The notes beneath the pieces were generated by a model. The model made no database searches. It had not been told where the DNA came from and saw nothing but the letters and a program-made list of their open reading frames with translations. A stretch of 54,949 bases of DNA from the NCBI GenBank assembly GCA_045614625.1, contig JAZLDE010000106.1, positions 1-54,949 of the forward strand. Reading direction: 5' to 3'. Of this stretch, positions 1-6,559 are shown one piece after another. Both the position numbers and the translations under genes were made by a program. This stretch comes from Eubacteriales bacterium (GTDB lineage: Bacteria > Bacillota > Clostridia > Oscillospirales > CAG-272). Every line of letters starts with the position of its first letter. The stretch's first letter is position 1.

Positions 1-530
1 ACCACAACAGGCACCTGCAGCCGTTGCGGCAAGGTGTTCAGTGTTTCGGGATCGATGAGCACCGCGCGGGGCTGCCAAAACGCACCGATCATATTTTTAT
101 ATCCGTCAAAATCGACAGCCGTTTTTCCACCGACCGATGCATCGACCGCGCAAAGAAGCGTCGTCGGCACGTTATAAAAATCAATGCCTCGCATGTAGGT
201 CGCTGCCGCGAAGCCCGCAAGGTCGGTCACGACACCGCCGCCGACTGCCACGATAGCGTCCGTGCGGTCAAAGCCATGCTCGAGCAACTGCCCAAGCAGA
301 CTCCGAAGGGTGTCAAACGTTTTGTTCTGCTCACCTTGCTCAAAGCGGAAAATAAGCGGCTCCTGACAGCTCGAAGCGACCGAGCGCACGTATTGCTCAG
401 GCACGCCCGTGTCGGTCACGATGCACACGCGTCGCCCCGTCAAACGGAACCATTCACCCGCGCGGCAAATCGCCCCCCGCTCAATGATGATGGGATAGCT
501 GCCCATATTGGTATTGACCTGCAGCGTCAT
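1..530 (-). CDS. aroB: 3-dehydroquinate synthase, 5' part (gene runs off the left edge)
   Basis: My own minus-strand translation from ATG 528-530 reads MTLQVNTNMGSYPIIIERGAICRAGEWF...AIVAVGGGVVTDLAGFAAATYMRGIDFYNVPTTLLCAVDASVGGKTAVDF. These are the GGGV-x-D-x-AGF and VPTTLL..D.SVGGKT motifs of dehydroquinate synthase. RBS AAGAGGAG lies upstream. It is missing from the ORF track because no stop codon falls inside the window. Confidence 0.85.
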   Translation of the reverse strand, partial: MTLQVNTNMGSYPIIIERGAICRAGEWFRLTGRRVCIVTDTGVPEQYVRSVASSCQEPLIFRFEQGEQNKTFDTLRSLLGQLLEHGFDRTDAIVAVGGGVVTDLAGFAAATYMRGIDFYNVPTTLLCAVDASVGGKTAVDFDGYKNMIGAFWQPRAVLIDPETLNTLPQRLQVPVV

Positions 531-556
531 ATCATACTCCTCTTTGTTTCATAATT

Positions 557-1735
557 TCAATGCTTCTCATCCTCGGCCAGATGGAGGACAGGCAACGCAG
601 CCTCGGGTCCCTCATCGCAAAGGTCACATTTAAGCTTGATCTCGGTCTCGTAGCTACCCAGCACGCGCACGCTTTCGCACACGGACTGAAGCGCGGACAG
701 CATCTTACGTCCGTTTTCGTCAGACAGATTGCCCTCGCCCTCGGCAAAGAAATAGTACGACCAGTTGCTCCGCTTGGTAGGGCGACTTTTGAGCGCTCTC
801 AAATTGAAGCCCGTTTGACCGATGGCGTCGATGGCACGGCTCAGCGCGCCCGCCTGATTGCGCACGGTGAAGAACAGCAGAAATCTTCCGTCTCCTGCCT
901 GAGGCTGGCGAGGTACGCGCGAGAACACGGCAAAGCGAGTGGTGTTGGTGTTATCCGCGCCGATGTTGGCAGCAATGACTTCAAGACCATACTGTTGTGC
1001 CGCCTCGCGCGTTCCGATGGCAGCGACCGTCTTGTCTCCCGCCTCGGCAACAGCCTTGGCCGCGGCGGCGGTGTTGACTGCCTCGCGGGTGATCCATCCG
1101 CCGCGTTGCAGGTAAGGCGCGCATTGCGAAGGCGCCTGCGGGTGGCTGACCACCTCGCGAAGTCCTGCCGTCGTGGCACCGGGGACACCAAGCAGATTTT
1201 GCTCAATCTCCAGCTCGTATATACCCGTAACGGACAGCGAACCGGCATAAGCCAGATCCAGCACCTGCGCGACGTCGCCGCCGATGCTGTTTTCAATGGG
1301 AAGCACAGCGCACTCGCACTCGCCCCTCTCCACCGCCTCGTACGCCGCGACAAAGTCCTTGCAGGGAACCAGATTGCCATCGGGGAAGATGGCACCTGCC
1401 GCCTGGGCGGCAAAGGCACCGGGCACACCGCTGTAGGCGACGTTCTCGCCAAGCAGTAAGCGATGCTGATAACGACGCGAGAGGGCCATGGTGGCTCTCA
1501 GCTGGCAGATATAATATTCACGCATGACCTCGTCTTCAATCAGCGCGGCGTTGCGGGCGATGACCTCGCGCTCGCGCACGGGATCAAGCACGGGCAAGCC
1601 GCGGCTGCGCTTATAGGCGGCGACGTCCTGGACGGCGCGCAGACGCTTACAAAACAGCTCTGCCATTTCGCGGTCGATGCGGTTGATCTCCTCGCGGGCG
1701 GAAATGAGGGTTTGGTCGGTGGTGGGGGTTGACAT
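557..1735 (-). CDS. pheA: bifunctional chorismate mutase / prephenate dehydratase with C-terminal ACT-like domain
   Basis: ORF 557..1777. It has an N-terminal chorismate-mutase helix (EEINRIDREMAELFCKRLRAVQDVAAYK), a PDT core (VAYSGVPGAFAAQAA, AVLPIENSIGG, NTTRFAVF) and an ACT-like end (LLFFTVRNQAGALSRAIDAIG). I moved the start to ATG 1735 (MSTPTT), which is preceded by TAAGGAGA. Confidence 0.85.
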   Translation of the reverse strand: MSTPTTDQTLISAREEINRIDREMAELFCKRLRAVQDVAAYKRSRGLPVLDPVREREVIARNAALIEDEVMREYYICQLRATMALSRRYQHRLLLGENVAYSGVPGAFAAQAAGAIFPDGNLVPCKDFVAAYEAVERGECECAVLPIENSIGGDVAQVLDLAYAGSLSVTGIYELEIEQNLLGVPGATTAGLREVVSHPQAPSQCAPYLQRGGWITREAVNTAAAAKAVAEAGDKTVAAIGTREAAQQYGLEVIAANIGADNTNTTRFAVFSRVPRQPQAGDGRFLLFFTVRNQAGALSRAIDAIGQTGFNLRALKSRPTKRSNWSYYFFAEGEGNLSDENGRKMLSALQSVCESVRVLGSYETEIKLKCDLCDEGPEAALPVLHLAEDEKH

Positions 1736-1772
1736 AGTAATCTCCTTATTTGGGATTTTTGCTGGATTTTTC

Positions 1773-2397
1773 AGCAACTACTTCTACGGACGCTCACACT
1801 GCACTTCGTGCGCGCTCGCGGTTTGTACTTTATGCCACTTCTTGGCACGCCCCAAGAAGTGGCGGAAGAAGGGCGCCAAGACGTTCCCTCTTGGATCTCC
1901 CTTATCTGTGCCGCTCTTCAAAGAGGGTTTGGGAGAACATATTTCGGCTTGCGCCGAAACGAGGCGAGTTTTATTCGCCCGTTAAACACGGGCGTTGCGC
2001 AGAAGCGCAAGCATAAAACTCCAAGACATAGCGTTTTTAAATGCTTTGCTCGCCATATAGCCACCACGAGCGGCAGATATGGAAAGCAAAAGTTGTTGCT
2101 TTCTTGTAGGGACGGGCGTCCTCGACCGTCCGAAAAAAGCAATTCTAACTTTGTGGAGCGTAATGGGTAGGGGAACGGAGTAAATCTGCGGAGCAGATTT
2201 ATGCCGAGCGTAAGCGAGGAGAGGGCCCCATGAGCTCGCGGGAGCTATTGCTTGGGCAGAGGCACGCCCTTCCCCACACGGACTTAGGAGAATTCTTCCC
2301 GTCCGTGCTCCTGTTTCTTTTCGGGAAAGTTCTTGGGGGGTGCGGGGGACTTCTTTCAAGAAGTCCCCCGCGCGTCCTCTCGTCCTCTCGTCCCCTC
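1773..2397. repeat. mosaic hairpin-rich intergenic repeat, locus A (between aroF and pheA)
   Basis: It shares blocks with loci B-E: head CTTCTACGGACGCTCACACTG at 1781, perfect hairpin 1834-1863, CCAAGACGTTCCCTCTTGGATCTCCC at 1876, GCCACCACGAGCGGCAG at 2060, GTAGGGACGGGCGTCC hairpin at 2106-2139, and hairpin GCGGGGGACTTCTTTCAAGAAGTCCCCCGC at 2341-2370. The track ORFs here are frame-broken between copies. Confidence 0.8.
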
Positions 2398-3435
2398 TTA
2401 CAGCACGTCGGCCATATCGAGGATAAGCTTTTCGGTCTTTTCCCAGCCGAGGCAGGGGTCGGTGATGGACTGACCGTGGCAGTAAGAGCCGTCGGCGGCG
2501 ATCTTCTGGGCACCATCGATCAGGTAGCTCTCGATCATCAGACCTTTGACCAGACGACGCAGTTCGTCGCTTTGGCGGCGGGAGTGCAGAACGTCCTTGG
2601 CGATACGGGGCTGTTCGAGGTATTTTTTGGCGGAATTTGCATGGTTGGTATCGACGATAACGGCAGGATTCTTCAGTCCCGTCTTGGCGTACAGTTCGGA
2701 CAGCTGGCACAGATCCTCGTAGTGGTAGTTGGAGCAGTTAGAGCCGTCGAATTTAGTGTAGCCGCGTAGAATGGCGTGGGCGTAGGGGTTGCCCTCGCTG
2801 ACGACCTCCCAGCCGCGGTACAGGAAGGTGTGCGACGTTTGAGCTGCGCGAATGGAGTTCATCATAACCATCAAATCGCCGCCCGTCGGGTTCTTCATAC
2901 CTGTGGGAATGTCCAGGCCACTCGCGGTCAAGCGGTGCTGCTGGTCCTCAACCGAGCGCGCACCAACGGCAACGTAGGACAAAAGATCGGACAGATAACG
3001 GTGGTTTTCAGGGTACAGCATCTCGTCCGCGCAGGAAAAGCCATAGTCGGCAAGCGCGGTGCGATGCAGCTCGCGAATGGAAACGATGCCCTTGAACATG
3101 TCCTCGTGAGCGGCAGGGTCGGGCTGATGTAGCATGCCCTTGTAGCCCTCGCCTGTCGTGCGGGGCTTGTTGGTGTAAATGCGAGGGATGATCAAAATTT
3201 TATCCTTCACCTGCTCCTGCACGCGTGCCAGGCGGCCAATATACTCCAGCACAGGCTCGCGGGCGTCGGCCGAGCAAGGGCCGATGACTAAAATAATCTT
3301 GTCCGATTCGCCACGAAAAATGCGGCGAATCTCCTTGTCACGCGCGTCCTTGACCTTGGCCATCGCGTCACTGACGGGGTATTCCTTCTTGACCTCCTGA
3401 GGAATGGGCAGTTTTCTCAAAAAATTCATATTCAT
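2398..3435 (-). CDS. aroF: 3-deoxy-7-phosphoheptulonate (DAHP) synthase, class I
   Basis: ORF 2398..3441. Motifs include LVIGPCSADAREPVLEY, IPRIYTNKPRTTGEGYKGM, VAVGARSVEDQQHR, GMKNPTGG and IVDTNHANS. The likely ATG is at 3435, with GGAGAA 7 nt upstream; the codon at 3441 is TTG. Confidence 0.85.
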   Translation of the reverse strand: MNMNFLRKLPIPQEVKKEYPVSDAMAKVKDARDKEIRRIFRGESDKIILVIGPCSADAREPVLEYIGRLARVQEQVKDKILIIPRIYTNKPRTTGEGYKGMLHQPDPAAHEDMFKGIVSIRELHRTALADYGFSCADEMLYPENHRYLSDLLSYVAVGARSVEDQQHRLTASGLDIPTGMKNPTGGDLMVMMNSIRAAQTSHTFLYRGWEVVSEGNPYAHAILRGYTKFDGSNCSNYHYEDLCQLSELYAKTGLKNPAVIVDTNHANSAKKYLEQPRIAKDVLHSRRQSDELRRLVKGLMIESYLIDGAQKIAADGSYCHGQSITDPCLGWEKTEKLILDMADVL

Positions 3436-3504
3436 AATCAATTTCTCCGGTTTTGTAGGCGGCTGTGCCGTCGGTCATTTTTTGTTTCGTAAAAGGTAAC
3501 GGTA

Positions 3505-4419
3505 TCAGCCGTTTTTATCAAACGCGCGGCGACGTTCGGTAGACAGGCGCATCATCTCGCGCATGGTCTCGCTGTCGCCCTTGGCCAGCGCGTCTCGCAT
3601 GGCACCAAATCGGTCGATGAAGGTGTCCATTTGATCAAGCAACGCATCGCGGTTGGACAAAAACAACTCGCTCCACATGACGTCGTTGATCTTGGCAATT
3701 CGGGTCAGATCGCGGAAGGAATCGCCCGTCAGTCTTGCCAGTCGGGCAAGACCGTCCGCCTCGTCCTCGCCACCGTCCGCACAGCACATCAGCGACACGG
3801 CAATGGCGTGGGTCAGCTGGGACAAATAGGCAATCATGCGATCGTGCTCCTCCACCGACAGCCGCGTGACACGGGCAAAGCCTAAAATGCGGCCGAGCTG
3901 CTCACAAAGAGCAATGGCCTCGGGCGTGTTTTTGTCGGTGGGAACGACCAGATAGTTGGCACCGCGGAACATATCGGGGGTGGCGGCGCGGTAAACGTCC
4001 AGCTTGCTGTTGCCAACCAGCTCGCGGCCTGCCATGGGGTGCGCCGAAATATACTCAACACCTCCCGGCAGCATAGCCTGCACCTGCTCAACCACGCAAC
4101 CCTTGACACCCGTGACGTCGGTCAGCACCGTGCCGGGGGTGATGAGGTGGCCGTGCTCGGCGATCCACTCGACCAATACGGCAGGGTACAAGCCAAAGAC
4201 GATGATGTCCGCCTGCGCGATCAGTGCGGCGTCGACCTGCGTGCTTCCCGCGGCGATCACACCGTCTTCAAGCGCGGCGTCGATGACCTCCTGCGAACGA
4301 GTGATACCAAACACGCGATAGCCCGTTTCGGACAGCGCGCGGGCGTATGCGGCACCGATCAAGCCCATGCCCACGATGAGCACGGTGCGATCGGGAATTA
4401 AATAGGGAAATTGTTTCAT
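3505..4419 (-). CDS. tyrA: prephenate dehydrogenase
   Basis: It has an N-terminal Rossmann motif VLIVGMGLIGAAYARAL and ISAHPMAGRE, with the overall layout of the TyrA family. RBS AAAAGGAGA precedes ATG 4419. Confidence 0.85.
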   Translation of the reverse strand: MKQFPYLIPDRTVLIVGMGLIGAAYARALSETGYRVFGITRSQEVIDAALEDGVIAAGSTQVDAALIAQADIIVFGLYPAVLVEWIAEHGHLITPGTVLTDVTGVKGCVVEQVQAMLPGGVEYISAHPMAGRELVGNSKLDVYRAATPDMFRGANYLVVPTDKNTPEAIALCEQLGRILGFARVTRLSVEEHDRMIAYLSQLTHAIAVSLMCCADGGEDEADGLARLARLTGDSFRDLTRIAKINDVMWSELFLSNRDALLDQMDTFIDRFGAMRDALAKGDSETMREMMRLSTERRRAFDKNG

Positions 4420-4445
4420 TTGACCATCTCCTTTTTTGCTTTAGT

Positions 4446-4480
4446 AAAAAAAGGCGGTCTTGCAATTGCAAAACCGCCTT
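4446..4480 (-). terminator. intrinsic terminator between the leader ORF and tyrA (attenuator candidate)
   Basis: The minus strand reads AAGGCGGTTTTGCAATTGCAAGACCGCCTTTTTTT. The stem is GGCGGT-TTGC / GCAA-ACCGCC with loop AATT and a T7 run. It ends about 25 nt before the tyrA RBS. Confidence 0.75.
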
Positions 4481-4525
4481 GATAAGCGTTTGATTTTCGA
4501 TGCCAATATCTGCACCGTTCCATCT

Positions 4526-4726
4526 TTATGCTGCAATTGCTTGTTTTCGTTGTCTTCTCAGATAATAAAAGGTAAAGCTATAAAAATAAAATGCAAAAAA
4601 GGATACCGCAAAGGCAGTATCCGAGTCGGCAGAGGTAGCGCGAGACAGGGCGGAGCGAGGGCATACGGACAAAGCCGAGGACATCGGCTGCTGTGCGCTG
4701 TTTCGTTCGTTCATGGCCTGCATCAT
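4526..4726 (-). CDS. putative Phe/Tyr-rich leader peptide (66 aa)
   Basis: RBS AAAAGGAGATACC precedes the ATG. The C-terminal part FAVSFFAFYFYSFTFYY has 7 Phe and 4 Tyr in 17 codons (4562-4612). It lies directly upstream of the terminator and the aromatic amino-acid genes. Confidence 0.55.
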   Translation of the reverse strand: MMQAMNERNSAQQPMSSALSVCPRSALSRATSADSDTAFAVSFFAFYFYSFTFYYLRRQRKQAIAA

Positions 4727-4776
4727 GGTATCTCCTTTTTGGAAGAATATTCATATCATTCTCCCAAGATAGCATT

Positions 4777-4805
4777 AGTATACACGATTTGTTTTCAAAT
4801 TTCAA
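4777..4805 (-). promoter_or_regulatory. sigma-70-type promoter for the leader/tyrA unit
   Basis: The minus strand reads TTGAAA (4800-4805), a 17-nt spacer, then TATACT (4777-4782), about 40 nt upstream of the leader RBS. Confidence 0.55.
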
Positions 4806-4854
4806 GGGCTATTGCAAAAAAAGTTGTGTTTTTTCAAATTTATTCGCCGTCAGC

Positions 4855-4899
4855 CAAAAAAAGCAACCGCGCAAAAGCCCTCTTGCCCTGCGCGGTTGC
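4855..4899 (-). terminator. intrinsic terminator of the surface-protein gene
   Basis: The minus strand has stem GCAACCGCGC...GCGCGGTTGC (10 bp) followed by TTTTTTT. Confidence 0.7.
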
Positions 4900-4912
4900 G
4901 ATTTATATTGCG

Positions 4913-6331
4913 TTATTTTTTCTTTTTACGAACCATCCATCCTGCCGCGGCGATGAGCGCCAGCATCGCAGGCGCGCCGCTGAAAAGAACGGCAAAGCAG
5001 CCATCGTCGCTCGGCGCTACGGGCACCGCAGGCGTTTGCGGCGTTTCTGGCTCGGTTGGATCATCCGTTTCCGGTGGAGGTGGATCAGAGATGATAAATA
5101 CACGATCTTCTGCCTCTTCTAAAATGGCGAGATACCCGTATTCACTCAGCACCTCTTTTTCAAGTCTCATCATACCGTCAACCGTCTCTCTGGCCGCAGT
5201 AGTAATATCGCAAGCCCTTTGCCAATTCTCCCAGGTCCAGTTGGACTCTTGCAAGAAATCCTTCAGCCAAAGCAGATCAGAAATCAAGCTCTCGTTTTCT
5301 TTCAGAATGTAATTGATTTCCTCGCAGTCAGCAATCACATTTTTGACGTTCGTAAACAACTTGTAGTAACCATTCGCTTTTAGCATAGATTGTTCATCCG
5401 CCGACAAAGCGTTCCACTCTGTCATGAGAGCATCATACTGCGCCTTTACAGCATCAAGATCAAACTCCTGCGCGGAGGTATCCTCACACACAAGGCTCAG
5501 CTGCTCGATCTTTCCAATCAGCTCGGCGTATTTTCCGCGCTCGGAAAGAGGCGCACATTCTTGTTTGCAAGCATAGCAGGTAAACGGCTCGTCAAACACG
5601 TAGGGCGGATGGGAATACTCCGAATGAAACGTCTCGTCGAGCTTCTTGTCACATTCGGTACAATATCTCCAGTGCTTATTCTCATCGTACTGCCACTCGC
5701 CCGGCGTGTGGGGATCAAAGGCGACCTGGCGGTCGGTCAGAACGAAATTGTCGAATTTCAAGACCCAATCCTGCCCGCAGTCGGTCTCATAGTCCCAATA
5801 AATTTGCAAAAAGTTGATATCGGAAACGTCAAAATTGCTGTCCAGCACTATCATGTCTTCAAGAAATATAACAACGTGATTCCAGCCTGCTCGGGGGCAT
5901 CCCTTGCGGATATCATAAAGAATATTTTTCCAGTCGTATCCTATTTTAGCCGGCAGCGTTTTCGGTCCTGACCCAATTTCCAAACGGCCGTAAGAAATGT
6001 TTTTCAGATCATCCAGCATGGCAAGATCCGAAATATACATTTCAAATTCCAACGCAAGCACACCCGTGGCATCCACTGCATCAAAATTGCGATAGCCCAG
6101 CACTAAGTTTGTTTTGCCGTTGAGATTGATACTGACGCATCCCTCGCCCTCTACTTGGTTTTCACGGTCTACTACAAAGCCGCCTGGATTCGTCCAATTC
6201 TCATCCGCATTCCACAGAGGAACGACCTTTGTGGGTTGCGCGGGCACGTGATCTGCCCCCGCAGGCACAAGGAGGCTCAAGAGAAGCACCGCGGTCATCA
6301 AAATAGAAGCTAATACTCGTTTCATTTTCAT
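4913..6331 (-). CDS. secreted/cell-surface protein of unknown function with a C-terminal TM anchor
   Basis: ORF 4913..6385; the start is probably MKMKRVLASILMTAVLLLSLLVPAGA (signal peptide) at 6331 or 6325, after AAAGGAGAGA. It contains a Cys-rich block (HWRYCTECDKK...FTCYACKQEC) and a Pro/Thr/Glu linker. The C-terminus is a hydrophobic helix plus RKKKK, with no LPXTG motif. Confidence 0.7.
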   Translation of the reverse strand: MKMKRVLASILMTAVLLLSLLVPAGADHVPAQPTKVVPLWNADENWTNPGGFVVDRENQVEGEGCVSINLNGKTNLVLGYRNFDAVDATGVLALEFEMYISDLAMLDDLKNISYGRLEIGSGPKTLPAKIGYDWKNILYDIRKGCPRAGWNHVVIFLEDMIVLDSNFDVSDINFLQIYWDYETDCGQDWVLKFDNFVLTDRQVAFDPHTPGEWQYDENKHWRYCTECDKKLDETFHSEYSHPPYVFDEPFTCYACKQECAPLSERGKYAELIGKIEQLSLVCEDTSAQEFDLDAVKAQYDALMTEWNALSADEQSMLKANGYYKLFTNVKNVIADCEEINYILKENESLISDLLWLKDFLQESNWTWENWQRACDITTAARETVDGMMRLEKEVLSEYGYLAILEEAEDRVFIISDPPPPETDDPTEPETPQTPAVPVAPSDDGCFAVLFSGAPAMLALIAAAGWMVRKKKK

Positions 6332-6484
6332 CTCTCCTTTGCCAAATTTTGATATTGGGAGGCTTTCCCAATGATAGTATAGCATAATAGCTAAAACGTG
6401 TCAACCCCCCCCGATTTTTCTGTAAAAAATGCTAATTTTTCTAAAAAGGCTATACGGGGTTCACTATATAAAACAGGAAAACTT

Positions 6485-6530
6485 GAAAAAACTTATGCCC
6501 TTTTTGAAAAAAGCTTCAAAAAGGGCATAA
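6485..6530 (-). terminator. intrinsic terminator after the MFS::GH2 gene
   Basis: Stem TTATGCCCTTTTT...AAAAAGGGCATAA is followed by a T-run on the minus strand. Confidence 0.65.
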
Positions 6531-6559
6531 AAAGTTTATTTTTCAATTAAAAATTCGCT

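Noticed and set aside
1808-2170. Small ORFs inside the repeat loci (for example 1808-2170, 1982-2710, 9671-9907, 9717-9956, 10403-10762, 25523-26206, 35752-36255, 42758-43153 and 43430-43750). They share peptide snippets such as LLGTPQE.AEE.RQDVPSWIS.
   Set aside because: The shared peptides come from shared repeat DNA. Frames are broken differently in each copy, the modules occur in both orientations, there are no RBSs, and the conserved features are nucleotide palindromes with compensatory changes. I treat them as non-coding repeats.
4420-4760. A T-box riboswitch upstream of tyrA, the usual Firmicute solution.
   Set aside because: There is no T-box core (GGTGGTACCGCG-like) and no AGAGA or specifier-loop arrangement on the minus strand. 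Instead there is a translatable F/Y-rich ORF with a good RBS followed by a terminator.
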